The translations under genes were made by a program, and so were the position numbers. From an uncultured delta proteobacterium (GTDB lineage: Bacteria; Desulfobacterota; Syntrophia; Syntrophales; UBA5619): DNA of 64,000 nt. Below the pieces are notes generated by a model, which worked only from the letters and a program-made list of their open reading frames with translations, ran no database searches and was not told the DNA's origin. The stretch covers positions 66,773 to 130,772 of the forward strand of contig CAWFOM010000009.1 in the NCBI GenBank assembly GCA_963817385.1. Direction: 5' to 3'. Of this stretch, positions 1 through 10,022 are shown piece after piece (position 1 is the first letter of the stretch; every line of letters begins with the position of its first letter).

Positions 1-869
1 GCGACCAACTACTGTCGGACTCGGGCATGCGCGACCATCCTCTAACGCCGATGACCGATGCCAACCTCGTGCGCGTGCTGCAGGCGCAGTCGCGCGGCCG
101 GGTCGGCCTCGTGCGCCGCGAGGACGTGAAGCGGGGACCCGAAGCCATCCGGGCTTGCTTTGCGCAACTGCGCACCGACGGCGTGAGACTCGCCGTCGTC
201 GATGCGATCGCCGATGACGACCTGATCGCGATCGGCGCGGCCTGCGCAGACATGCCGCTGATTACCGCCGGTTCGGGCGTGGCGCTCGGCCTCCCTCCGG
301 TCTACGCCCAACGCGGCTGGGTGCAGCCGGACGCTCAGGCGGCTCAACTGCCCGCCGTGGGCGGAGCGGCAGCGGTGCTGTCGGGTTCCTGCTCGATGGC
401 CACCAACGCCCAGGTGCGGCACTGGCTCACCGGCGGCCGCCCCGGCTTTCGCATCGACCCGCGGCGGCTGGCCGCAGGCGAGCCTTCGGCCGAGCAGGCG
501 CTGGCCTGGGCGCTCCCGCAACTCGCCGAGCGGGCGGTGCTGATCTACGCAACCGCTGAGCCCGATGAACTGCACGTCATCCAGGCGGAACTGGGAGCCG
601 AGCGCGCCGGATATCTCGTGGAAGAGTGCATGGCGGGGATCGCACAGGGGCTGGTCGAAGCCGGCGTGCGGCGATTGGTGGCGGCCGGCGGCGAGACCTC
701 CGGCGCAGTGGTGCAGGCGCTCGGCGTGAGCCAGCTGCGCATCGGCGCCGCCATCGATCCCGGTGTGCCATGGACGCAGGCGGAAGGCCGATCTCTGTTG
801 ATGGCCCTGAAGTCGGGCAACTTCGGCAGCATCGATTTTTTCAGCAAGGCATTGGCGCAGGTGCGGTAA
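1..869 (+). CDS. otnK: 3-oxo-tetronate kinase / four-carbon acid sugar kinase (DUF1537 family), 5'-partial
   Basis: Frame is open from the window edge (DQLLSDSGMRDHPLTPMTDANL); motifs LSGSCS, GGETSGAVV, KSGNFG. Confidence 0.85.
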   Translation, partial: DQLLSDSGMRDHPLTPMTDANLVRVLQAQSRGRVGLVRREDVKRGPEAIRACFAQLRTDGVRLAVVDAIADDDLIAIGAACADMPLITAGSGVALGLPPVYAQRGWVQPDAQAAQLPAVGGAAAVLSGSCSMATNAQVRHWLTGGRPGFRIDPRRLAAGEPSAEQALAWALPQLAERAVLIYATAEPDELHVIQAELGAERAGYLVEECMAGIAQGLVEAGVRRLVAAGGETSGAVVQALGVSQLRIGAAIDPGVPWTQAEGRSLLMALKSGNFGSIDFFSKALAQVR

Positions 870-1021
870 ACGGATGGCCCGCAACACATCCCTGCGGGCA
901 GCAATATCCGGTGTCAACCGGAGGTTAATATTTTTCTCCATCCATCTATGATCGGCAGCAAGAGTAGGAACAGCCATCTTTTCAGCCCCCCGAGGGGAAA
1001 ACCATGGGAGGTAATGCAACC

Positions 1022-1396
1022 ATGCCCACGCCCATCAGAATAACCGCCGGAATGATCACGGTCATGGCGGAGTTGAGCGATACGCCCCTGGCCAAGACGG
1101 TCGCCGCAAAACTCCCCATCGAGACGGAACCCAACGAATGGGGCGATGAGTTCTACTTCGGGATCCCCGTCCGGTCGGGTCTCGACGAGACAGCCACCAA
1201 GAGGGTCAAGGTCGGCGACATCGGCTTCTGGCCGCCGGGAAACGCGATGGCCATCTTCTTCGGTCCGACGCCGATGAGCAGCGGCGACGATCCCGTCCCG
1301 GCGAGCGAGGTCTGCCTGCTCGGCCGGATCACCGGCGACGCGATCCTCCTGAAAAAGGCGAGCGGCGCCCGGAAGATCCGTATCGAAAAAGCGTAA
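1022..1396 (+). CDS. Cyclophilin-like fold protein (DUF369-like)
   Basis: WGDEFYF and GDIGFWPPGNAMAIFFGPTP motifs; GGAGG RBS upstream of ATG 1022. Confidence 0.75.
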   Translation: MPTPIRITAGMITVMAELSDTPLAKTVAAKLPIETEPNEWGDEFYFGIPVRSGLDETATKRVKVGDIGFWPPGNAMAIFFGPTPMSSGDDPVPASEVCLLGRITGDAILLKKASGARKIRIEKA

Positions 1397-1473
1397 TCGA
1401 AGAGGATTCGCTCCGATAATTCGCGCCGCCGGGAGTCCACTGCTGCACCCGACGCCAAACGTTTCGGATACCG

Positions 1474-2646
1474 CTACGGCGAGAGTGAGTGGGGAAGGCA
1501 ATCGGCCTTCTCCGCACAGCCCTGCCGCGGCGCACCCTCCAGGGCTGCAAGGATCTCCTCCCGGACCGGGGCGCTGCTGCCGGGAAGAAACGCATCCAGC
1601 GCTGCCTTCGCCGCAGGGTTCCCGATCCGGCCGAGCGCCCAGGCGATCATCGCCGCTGTCCGATCATCGTCGTTTTCCCGAAAGGCCCTCACCAGATCGG
1701 GGACATATGCCTCATCCCGGGTGTTTCCCATCGCCCGGGCCACATTCGCCTTCCAGCGCCAGAGGTCGGCGTCGGACATGTAGAACATGTGCGGCCAGAT
1801 ATGCTCGGTAAAATAGGCCTTGTCCATATGGAGAAGCCGCTCCAGGCGAAACGCATCGACCATCCCCGCCGTCTTTTGATTCATCGCAAGCTCGCGGGCA
1901 AGCCAGGGGGCATTCCGGGGGCAGACGTTCTGGCACCGATCACACCCGTATACGCAGAGCCCCATCGGCTCCCTGAGTTCCCGCGGGGTCAGCGCGTCTC
2001 CGAAATAGGTGAGGTAGGAGATGCACCGGCGTGGATCGATCCGCCGCGGCCCCTGCAGCGCTCCCGTGGGACAGGCGGCAATGCAGGCGTTGCGGCACCA
2101 GTCGGGGCAGCCGACCGAGAGGGTGGGTTCATCCGGCGTAAAGGCCTGATCGACGACCAGGGCGATGGGGGTGACCCACGACCCGCCGGCGGCCGCCTTC
2201 CGGGAATAGAAGAGGCAGTTCTTGCCGAATGTTCCCAGGCCCGCCCGCGCCGCCGCCAGACGGTGGGGCAGATGGAAAGGTACCTTGGAATCGACCCCGC
2301 CGTCCCGAAGAAAAGAGCGGAAGGCCTTGACCCTCTTCCCCAGGCGGTTCCCGATCATCCGGTCGTCATCGAGATAGCAGCGGCCGAAATGGCGCTCCAG
2401 CGACGGGGGGAAGGCCTCCCGGAAATAGGCCTCCACCAGGACAATGATCGACTTCGCTCCGGGGAGGACGGTCTGCGGATCCGTCCCGGCGATCAGGTCG
2501 AGACCCGAGCGAATCGCCCAGCCGTACTCCTCCCGCCGCTGTTCGAGGAGCTCCCGTTGGGATGCGAAGGGCTCCGCCGTGGCGACACCCGCATCCTCGA
2601 AACCGCAATCATAAGCTTTTTTGATTATCTCTTCTTTACTCAGCAT
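1474..2646 (-). CDS. queG: Epoxyqueuosine reductase QueG-like Fe-S/cobalamin protein with C-terminal HEAT repeats
   Basis: AARAGLGTFGKN; CxxxCxxxCxxxCP; RCISYLT; YGCDRCQNVCP; HEAT-like WALGRIG. Confidence 0.7.
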   Translation of the reverse strand: MLSKEEIIKKAYDCGFEDAGVATAEPFASQRELLEQRREEYGWAIRSGLDLIAGTDPQTVLPGAKSIIVLVEAYFREAFPPSLERHFGRCYLDDDRMIGNRLGKRVKAFRSFLRDGGVDSKVPFHLPHRLAAARAGLGTFGKNCLFYSRKAAAGGSWVTPIALVVDQAFTPDEPTLSVGCPDWCRNACIAACPTGALQGPRRIDPRRCISYLTYFGDALTPRELREPMGLCVYGCDRCQNVCPRNAPWLARELAMNQKTAGMVDAFRLERLLHMDKAYFTEHIWPHMFYMSDADLWRWKANVARAMGNTRDEAYVPDLVRAFRENDDDRTAAMIAWALGRIGNPAAKAALDAFLPGSSAPVREEILAALEGAPRQGCAEKADCLPHSLSP

Positions 2647-2698
2647 CCGTCCCCTCCCTCTTTTGTCATCAGACATCCTCTGAACTACTACGCCCTGC

Positions 2699-3442
2699 CT
2701 ATACTTCCACCCAGGACGGAACCTCCTTCCAGCCTTCGCGCATCCGTTTATTTATCGCCTTGTATGCCGGTTCAAAACCGCCGAGCATCGCCCAAAACCG
2801 GGGGGAATGGTTCATCAGGACCGTATGACACAATTCGTGCATGAGGACGCAGCGGACGGCATCGCGATCGAGGAAGAGCAGTTTGAAACTGAGGCTGATC
2901 GTTCCCCGGGACGAGCAGCTCGCCCAGCGCGTCTTCTGCCCCCGGATCACTACTTCGCCGAACGTGAAGCCGTTCTTTTCGGCGAGACGGGCGAGCAGGG
3001 GGACCAGCTCCTCCCGTGTCCTGCGCTGCAGCCATAACTTCAGCACGCCCCGGCAGGCCTCACGGTCACGAACGGCGCCGTAGACGACGATCCGCCCCGG
3101 TTGATCAACGATCACCCCGACCATCCGCGTCTTCGCCGGCTGGTAGTCAACCTCCCACGACTCCCCGAGGGCCGGAAGCTCGATCTTCTCCGGAAGCTCA
3201 GAGGCCGGCTCCCGGGCGCCGGCCACCGAAATATCCGCCAATCGCCTGCGGTGGGTCTCGATCCATCCTCTCTTTTGCTCCACGATCGCCGGAATCCTGC
3301 GGAGGTTGAAATTCAGGGGCACAACCACCGTAAGGCCGTCCTTCGCGGAGAGGTGCAGACGCACATTTCTCGCCCGTGCGGATGTTCGTATCCGGTAATC
3401 GACGCCCTTCCCCTGATTCGATGCGGCGCAGCTAGTTACCAC
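2699..3442 (-). CDS. YgjP/DUF45 (M48-like) metal-dependent hydrolase
   Basis: QKTRWASCS and HELCH...NHSPRFW motifs; start uncertain. Confidence 0.85.
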   Translation of the reverse strand: MVTSCAASNQGKGVDYRIRTSARARNVRLHLSAKDGLTVVVPLNFNLRRIPAIVEQKRGWIETHRRRLADISVAGAREPASELPEKIELPALGESWEVDYQPAKTRMVGVIVDQPGRIVVYGAVRDREACRGVLKLWLQRRTREELVPLLARLAEKNGFTFGEVVIRGQKTRWASCSSRGTISLSFKLLFLDRDAVRCVLMHELCHTVLMNHSPRFWAMLGGFEPAYKAINKRMREGWKEVPSWVEV

Positions 3443-3668
3443 TTGAGCACCATCTTTCGAGCCTCACCCCCGCAGCCTGCCGATTCGGGAAAAACCGGGG
3501 AGCAGGGCCTGATTCTTGGTTATCGTTTGACAGACAACATATCTTATGTCAAGGTCTTGCGCAATCGGTAAACGGGAAGCGATAGTGATGGGAGACGGCC
3601 GTTCGGCGGTCTCCGCAGAGACCCTGACAAGTGTACCCTTGGTGATCAATTCGTGGAGGTGCATCTTT

Positions 3669-4454
3669 TTGAAAGCTTCGGATATCTGTCGGAGATTGCG
3701 GATGCTTGGCGATAGAGAAAAAGCACGGGTACTGCAACGGTTCTTCAAAACAGCCCCCGGTGAATACGGTGCAGGAGATCTATTTGTCGGTCTCCGTGTT
3801 CCCGAGATAAGGAAATTAGCCAAAGACTACCGGGCGCTCCCTTTTGCAGAGCTAATCCAATTACTCCACTCCCCCCTCCATGAAGCAAGAATGCTGGCGC
3901 TTGTTATTTTAGTTCGCACCTACGCAGACGGAGATGATCCTCTTCAAGAGCGAATTTACCATCTGTACCTTCAGAATACTCGGTTTATCAATAACTGGGA
4001 CCTCGTCGATGCCTCGGCTGCACCCATTGTCGGCGCCTATTTGCAATATCGCAGCAGATCCCCCCTCCATGTGTTGGCAGTATCACCCCTGCTCTGGGAA
4101 AGAAGAATTTCCATCATGGCGACATTTCACTACATAAAATGCGGAGAATTTGCCGAGACATTGCATATCGCACAGCTTTTGCTCAGGGATCCGGAAGATC
4201 TCATCCATAAAGCCGTTGGTTGGATGCTTCGGGAGATAGGTAAGCGTGATCACCTTACCGAAGAAGCGTTTCTCAAATCCCACTACAAAACCATGCCGCG
4301 GACTATGCTCCGGTATGCGATAGAGAAATTTCCCGAGAAGTTGAGGCAGCGGTATTTGCATGGAGAAATCCCGAAATTGAAACAGGCATTACCGCAGTGG
4401 CCTCACAAGTACACGCACGCATGGGGGCACGGGCTTTGTCCGCGCCGCCGATGA
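3669..4454 (+). CDS. alkD: DNA alkylation repair protein (AlkD-like HEAT glycosylase)
   Basis: FFKTAPGEYG, NNWDLVD, LWERR, HKAVGWMLREIGK, MPRTMLRYAIE; TTG start after GGAGG. Confidence 0.8.
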   Translation: MKASDICRRLRMLGDREKARVLQRFFKTAPGEYGAGDLFVGLRVPEIRKLAKDYRALPFAELIQLLHSPLHEARMLALVILVRTYADGDDPLQERIYHLYLQNTRFINNWDLVDASAAPIVGAYLQYRSRSPLHVLAVSPLLWERRISIMATFHYIKCGEFAETLHIAQLLLRDPEDLIHKAVGWMLREIGKRDHLTEEAFLKSHYKTMPRTMLRYAIEKFPEKLRQRYLHGEIPKLKQALPQWPHKYTHAWGHGLCPRRR

Positions 4455-4505
4455 CAGGCGGTTGGGCGGCCTGAGAAAAGCTATCATGATCTGTCATCTC
4501 GACGT

Positions 4506-5072
4506 ATGCTGAATCCACCGCGGCCAAGCCGGACGGAGTTACTCGCTGCAGCCGGCAAGACTGTTCGCGACGTGATTGCGCCCGGATTGCAGGTGCTGTT
4601 CTGCGGCATCAATCCGGGATTGTATTCCGGCGCGACCGGCCACCATTTCGCTCGTCCCGGGAATCGCTTTTGGCCCACGTTATATCACGCGGGCTTCACC
4701 CGGCGTCTGCTCACACCGGCCGAAGAGCAAGAACTTTTGCATTACGGCTGCGGCATTACCAACTTGGTCGCGCGGGCGACGGCCAGAGCAGAGGAGTTAG
4801 GCCCGGAAGAATTGATTGCCGGGAGGCGACGGCTGTCCGCCAAAGTCAACCGCTATCAGCCGAACGTATTGGCAGTGCTGGGTATCAACGCCTATCGAAC
4901 CGCCTTTGCCCGCCCCAAGGCAACCCTGGGACAGCAACCTGAATTCTTCGCCGGGGCGATCGTGTGGGTGCTGCCCAATCCAAGCGGCTTAAATGCGCAC
5001 TATCAACTGATTGCGTTGATTTCTGTCTTTCGCACGTTGCGCCAGTCCTTGCAGCGCGACGAGAGCCCTTAG
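4506..5072 (+). CDS. mug: G/U mismatch-specific DNA glycosylase
   Basis: GINPG, HHFARPGNRFW, LPNPSGLNAH. Confidence 0.9.
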   Translation: MLNPPRPSRTELLAAAGKTVRDVIAPGLQVLFCGINPGLYSGATGHHFARPGNRFWPTLYHAGFTRRLLTPAEEQELLHYGCGITNLVARATARAEELGPEELIAGRRRLSAKVNRYQPNVLAVLGINAYRTAFARPKATLGQQPEFFAGAIVWVLPNPSGLNAHYQLIALISVFRTLRQSLQRDESP

Positions 5073-5081
5073 CAATACTAC

Positions 5082-7895
5082 TCACCTTGGCAGGATCCTG
5101 CGGAGAAACTGGCCGGTATAGGAGCCCTCGACCCGGGCGACCTCTTCGGGCGTCCCGGAGGCGATGATCCGGCCGCCGCCCGGCCCTCCTTCGGGCCCCA
5201 GGTCGATGAGGTAGTCGGCGGACTTGATCACGTCGAGGTTGTGCTCGATGACGACGATGGTGTTCCCCATCCCGACGAGGCGCATCAGGACGTCGAGGAG
5301 CTTCTGGATGTCGGCGAAGTGAAGGCCGATCGTCGGCTCGTCGAGGACGTAGAGCGTGTTGCTGTTCGTCCGCTTCCCCAGCTCCCGGGAGAGCTTGATC
5401 CGCTGCGCCTCGCCCCCCGAGAGAGTCGTCGCCGACTGGCCGAGGCGGATGTAGCCCAGGCCGACGTCATGCAGAAGCTGGAGCTTCCCGCGAATCGGCG
5501 GGATGTTCTCGAAGAAGACGAGGGCCTGCTCCACGGTCATATCGAGAACCTCCGCGATGTTTTTGTCCTTATAGCGCACCTCGAGGGTGTCCCGGTTGAA
5601 CCGGTGGCCGTGGCAGACGTCGCAGGTGACGTAGACATCCGGAAGGAAGTGCATCTCGATCTTGATCAGGCCGTTCCCCTCGCACGCCTCGCAGCGCCCC
5701 CCCTTCACGTTGAAGCTGAACCGGCCCGGCTTGTAACCTCGAAGCCTTGATTCGGGGAGTCCCGTGAAAAGGTCCCGGATATGGGAAAAAACGCCGGTGT
5801 AGGTGACGGGATTCGAGCGGGGCGTCCGCCCGATGGGCTGCTGGTTCATCAGAATGATCCGCTCGATGCCGCCCAGATCGCCGATACGGCGGATTTTTCC
5901 GCCGCCCCCCTTCTCCTGGTTGAGCCGCCGGGAGAGCGCCTTGTAGAGAGTCTCGATCACCATCGTGCTCTTCCCCGAACCGGAGACCCCGGTCACCGCG
6001 GTGAAGACCCCGACAGGAATCCGGATGTCGATCTCCCGGAGGTTGTGCTCGTGCGCCCCCTCCAGGACGATGAACCGCCCCGAAACCTGCCGCCGCTTTT
6101 CGGGGACGGCGATGGCCTTTCGGCCCGAGAGGTAGGCCCCCGTGAGCGAGACGTCGCTTGCGCAGATCTCCGCCGGCGTCCCCTGGAAGACGACCTCGCC
6201 CCCGTGCACCCCGGCCCCCGGCCCGATGTCGATGATCTGGTCCGACTCCATCATCATGTCCTGGTCGTGCTCCACGACGAGGACGGTGTTTCCCATATCC
6301 CGCAGGCGCTTAAGGGTGGCGATGAGGCGGACGTTGTCCCGCTGGTGGAGGCCGACGGTCGGCTCGTCGAGGACATACAGGACGCCGACCAGCCCCGAGC
6401 CGATCTGGGTCGCGAGCCTGATCCGCTGGCCCTCTCCGCCGGAGAGGCTCCCCGACGACCGTTCGAGGCTCAGGTAGTCCATGCCGACGTCGAGGAGGAA
6501 GCGGAGGCGCTGACGGATCTCCTTCATCACCCGCTCCGTCACCTGCATCTCCTGCGGGGTAAGGGGGATCGCCATGATAAAGGCGAGGCACTCCCGGATC
6601 GGCATCCGGCAGACCTCGTAGATATTCTTCCCCCCGACGGTGATGGAGAGGCTCTCCTTCTTCAGCCGGGCGCCCTGGCAGGTCGGGCACTCCCGCAGGT
6701 TGATGTACCGTGAGAGGTCCATGCGGACATGCAGCGAGGTCGTCTCCTTGTACCGCCGGTCGAGCTGGTTCAGGACCCCCTCGAAGGACCGGGTATGGAA
6801 AAACCGCCGCCCGCCCCGGTCGGCGTAAAAACGGATCTTCTCATCGCCCGATCCGCGGAGGAGGACGTTCCGGATGGCCTCGGGGAGCTTTTCGAACGGC
6901 GTGTTGATGTCGAAGCCGTAATGTTCGGCCAGGGCATCGATCGTCTGGAAGTAGTGGAGCGAGTGGCGGCCCGACCAGGGGATGATCGCCCCCTCCCGGA
7001 TGGAAAGCCCCCCGTCGGGGACGACGAGCTCCTCGTCGAAATACATCCGGGTGCCCAGCCCCCCGCAGTCCGGGCAGGCCCCGTAGGGACTGTTGAAGGA
7101 GAACATCCGGGGGGCGAGTTCCGTAATGCTGACGCCGCAGTCCGGGCAGGCGTAGAGCTCGCTGAAGAGAACCTCCTCTCCGCCGGTTACGGCGACGCGG
7201 ACCAGGCCGTCGGAGAGCGCCGCGGCGGTCTCCAGGGAGTCGCGCAGTCGCTTGCGGATCCCCTCCTTGACGATCAGACGGTCGATCACCACGTCGATGT
7301 CATGTCGTCTGTTCTTGTCGAGGGTGATCTCCTCGGCGAGCTCCCGGACCTCGCCGTCCACGCGGACGCGGACGTATCCCTCCTTCAGGAGTTTCCTGAG
7401 CTCCTTCTGGAACTCCCCTTTCTTCCCCCGGGCGACCGGGGCGAGGATCGATAGCCGCGAATTCTCTGGGTAGGCGAGGATCGTCTCCAGCATCGCATCG
7501 ATCGACTGGGATTTGATCTCCTTCCCGCACTTGTGGCAGTGGGGAACCCCGATCCGGGCGAAGAGGAGACGGAGGTAGTCGTAGATCTCCGTCACCGTAC
7601 CCACGGTGGAGCGGGGGTTGTGGGCGGCCGCCCGCTGCTCGATGGCGATCGCCGGAGAGAGTCCCTCGATGGACTCCACGTCCGGCTTATCCATCTGCCC
7701 GATGAACTGCCGGGCGTAGGTGGACAGCGACTCCACATAGCGCCGCTGCCCCTCGGCGTAGATCGTGTCAAAGGCGAGGGACGACTTCCCCGAACCGGAG
7801 ACGCCGGTGATAACGACCAGTCGGTCCCGCGGGATGTCAAGATTGATGTTCTTGAGGTTGTGCTGCGCTGCGCCCTTTATCTTGATCGTATTCAT
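5082..7895 (-). CDS. uvrA: Excinuclease ABC subunit A
   Basis: Two Walker A motifs (GVSGSGKS), zinc fingers, LSGGE signatures, [11 protein letters not shown]. Confidence 0.98.
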   Translation of the reverse strand: MNTIKIKGAAQHNLKNINLDIPRDRLVVITGVSGSGKSSLAFDTIYAEGQRRYVESLSTYARQFIGQMDKPDVESIEGLSPAIAIEQRAAAHNPRSTVGTVTEIYDYLRLLFARIGVPHCHKCGKEIKSQSIDAMLETILAYPENSRLSILAPVARGKKGEFQKELRKLLKEGYVRVRVDGEVRELAEEITLDKNRRHDIDVVIDRLIVKEGIRKRLRDSLETAAALSDGLVRVAVTGGEEVLFSELYACPDCGVSITELAPRMFSFNSPYGACPDCGGLGTRMYFDEELVVPDGGLSIREGAIIPWSGRHSLHYFQTIDALAEHYGFDINTPFEKLPEAIRNVLLRGSGDEKIRFYADRGGRRFFHTRSFEGVLNQLDRRYKETTSLHVRMDLSRYINLRECPTCQGARLKKESLSITVGGKNIYEVCRMPIRECLAFIMAIPLTPQEMQVTERVMKEIRQRLRFLLDVGMDYLSLERSSGSLSGGEGQRIRLATQIGSGLVGVLYVLDEPTVGLHQRDNVRLIATLKRLRDMGNTVLVVEHDQDMMMESDQIIDIGPGAGVHGGEVVFQGTPAEICASDVSLTGAYLSGRKAIAVPEKRRQVSGRFIVLEGAHEHNLREIDIRIPVGVFTAVTGVSGSGKSTMVIETLYKALSRRLNQEKGGGGKIRRIGDLGGIERIILMNQQPIGRTPRSNPVTYTGVFSHIRDLFTGLPESRLRGYKPGRFSFNVKGGRCEACEGNGLIKIEMHFLPDVYVTCDVCHGHRFNRDTLEVRYKDKNIAEVLDMTVEQALVFFENIPPIRGKLQLLHDVGLGYIRLGQSATTLSGGEAQRIKLSRELGKRTNSNTLYVLDEPTIGLHFADIQKLLDVLMRLVGMGNTIVVIEHNLDVIKSADYLIDLGPEGGPGGGRIIASGTPEEVARVEGSYTGQFLRRILPR

Positions 7896-8860
7896 CAGAG
7901 TTTGATCTCGATATGCGACCTCGTCCGGAGGGCGTCGAGCCACTCATCGAACTTCTTTTCCACCTTCTCCATATCGATCTTCTCCCGGATCTCCTCCCGG
8001 ACGGATTCGATGGGCTTGACTCCCGCCCCCCGGCGGTCGATCACCTGGATGATGTGGAAACCGACGGACGATTCGATAACAACGCTGATCTGACCCAGCG
8101 GCAGGCGGAAAGCGACTGCCTCCACCTCGGGGAGCATCATCCCCTTCTCGATGTAGCCGATGTCGCCGCCCGCAGCCGCGGCCGGTCCCTGGGAATATCG
8201 CGCGGAGATCAACTCGAACGGCTCACCATCCAGCAGACGTTTGTGGATCGCCCCGGCATCCGCCCGAAGTTTCTCCTTCGCATCGTCAGAGGCTTCCTTC
8301 GGCAGGACCAGGAGGATCTGTTTGATCCGGACTGCCTCCTTTCCCTCATAATCCCCACGGTTCTTGCGGTAATACTCCCCGATCTCCTCGCTACTGACCG
8401 CCACCTTGGATTTGATCTCCTTCTGGACCAAACGGATCCGCACAAGCTGATCCCTGACCCCTTTCCTGTAGACTTCCAGGGTGGTTCCCTCCCGAGCTAT
8501 GGCCTGCCGGAAATCGTCCTGGGAGATGTTCCTCCTCCCCAATAGTTCGTTGATCGCCCCGGTTACTTCCTCATCCTTAACGACGATCCCGGCCTTCCGG
8601 GATTGCTGCTCCATGAGGAGATTATCAACCATCCGGTTCAGGAGGGTCAGTTTGGTTTCGGTCAGGGCCTTTTCCCGCTCCGCTCCCTTATAGGCCGCCT
8701 CCAGTTTGGCCTGATAGGGTTCAAAGGCGCTGTTCAATTCGGACAGCGTGATCACCTCATCGTTGACGATGGCCACAATCCTGTCCGCCACCCCGGCCTG
8801 CGCCGGCACGTATAGGAAAAGAAACGCCACTCCCGCCAGAACCGCTCGGAAAATCTTCAT
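7895..8860 (-). CDS. surA: SurA-like periplasmic peptidyl-prolyl isomerase/chaperone
   Basis: Signal peptide; [13 protein letters not shown]; parvulin GGDIG...GFHII. Confidence 0.8.
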   Translation of the reverse strand: MKIFRAVLAGVAFLFLYVPAQAGVADRIVAIVNDEVITLSELNSAFEPYQAKLEAAYKGAEREKALTETKLTLLNRMVDNLLMEQQSRKAGIVVKDEEVTGAINELLGRRNISQDDFRQAIAREGTTLEVYRKGVRDQLVRIRLVQKEIKSKVAVSSEEIGEYYRKNRGDYEGKEAVRIKQILLVLPKEASDDAKEKLRADAGAIHKRLLDGEPFELISARYSQGPAAAAGGDIGYIEKGMMLPEVEAVAFRLPLGQISVVIESSVGFHIIQVIDRRGAGVKPIESVREEIREKIDMEKVEKKFDEWLDALRTRSHIEIKL

Positions 8861-8943
8861 TTTCTGCTCCTCAAAATCTTGATGTTCCCATAAAAAGTCG
8901 ATACAACTTCCACACCACCAACCGGGTGTTGAAGAACAGCCCG

Positions 8944-10008
8944 CTAATGTCTCCCCGTTCGCGCCGACGGACTACCCGTCTTCGTCTCCGGTTGCGCCGG
9001 CACAGGGCCATCCGGCAGGGGCCGGTTGACACGAATCTCGGCCTTCGCCTTTAATCCTTCGATCCAGCGCTCGTAAGCTTCCGCCTCCTTGAGTTTCCTG
9101 AGATCGGCGATCACCCGTCCCTTTGCGTCAGCAAGCTTCCGCCCGCCGCTCTCCTCCTTGGCGAGGACCTTGAAGATGTGGAAGCCGTAAGGGCTCTGGA
9201 CTACGTTGCTCACCTTCCCGACCGGCAGGGAAAAGACGATCCGGTCGATCTCCTCGGGCATGACCCCCCGTTCGAAGAAACCGAGATCGCCGCCCCTCGC
9301 CGCCTCCGGACCGATGGACACTTCCCGCGCCACCTTATCAAAATCCTCCCCCGCCTTCAATCTTTTCAGGGCCCTTTCCGCCAAATCCCGGTCGCGCACG
9401 ACGATCTGGAGCGCGCGTATGCGCCTCTCCGAGGCGTAGAGTCTGCGGTTGGCCTTGAAATAGAGTTCCGCCTCGCCGTCCGTCACCTGGATTTTTCTAT
9501 TCACATCCAGGGCAATAACCTTCTCGAAAAGCATCCGTTGCCGCAGCGCCTCCTTCCAGGCGGGATAACTGATTCCGCGATTGCCGAACAGAGCATTGAA
9601 ACTGTCATCAGCGTAATCCTTTCTGATCTCCTCAATTCGCGCTTCGAGCTCATCTGCACTGATGTTCAGCAAAAGCTCCCGGGCGCGCTGCAGCATGATC
9701 CTCTCTTCGATGAGATGACCCAGAACCTCCTCCTTCAGACGCGCCCTTTGCTCCGCCTTCAGGGGCTCATCACTCTTGGCGAGGGCCGCCTCCTCCGCCA
9801 ACTTCCTGAGAAACTCCGGACGGTCGATCCGCTCGCCGTTGACCGTTGCTACCGGATCTTCCGGGGGCGGTGGCGGTTCCTGGCTCCGGCAGGCCGCCAG
9901 CGCCATCACGAGGAATGCCAAAAACAGCAATCCGCCGGGACGGCTTCGTATCGGCCGATTCCTGGGGCCTTCGCCTTGTCTCTGCTCAAGTGTCTGCGTG
10001 TCTGTCAC
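8944..10008 (-). CDS. Parvulin (PpiC-type) peptidyl-prolyl isomerase lipoprotein
   Basis: Lipobox LAAC; VATVNGE; FDKVAREVS...GGDLG...SPYGFHIF. Confidence 0.85.
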   Translation of the reverse strand: MTDTQTLEQRQGEGPRNRPIRSRPGGLLFLAFLVMALAACRSQEPPPPPEDPVATVNGERIDRPEFLRKLAEEAALAKSDEPLKAEQRARLKEEVLGHLIEERIMLQRARELLLNISADELEARIEEIRKDYADDSFNALFGNRGISYPAWKEALRQRMLFEKVIALDVNRKIQVTDGEAELYFKANRRLYASERRIRALQIVVRDRDLAERALKRLKAGEDFDKVAREVSIGPEAARGGDLGFFERGVMPEEIDRIVFSLPVGKVSNVVQSPYGFHIFKVLAKEESGGRKLADAKGRVIADLRKLKEAEAYERWIEGLKAKAEIRVNRPLPDGPVPAQPETKTGSPSARTGRH

Positions 10009-10022
10009 CGATTTCTCTCCTC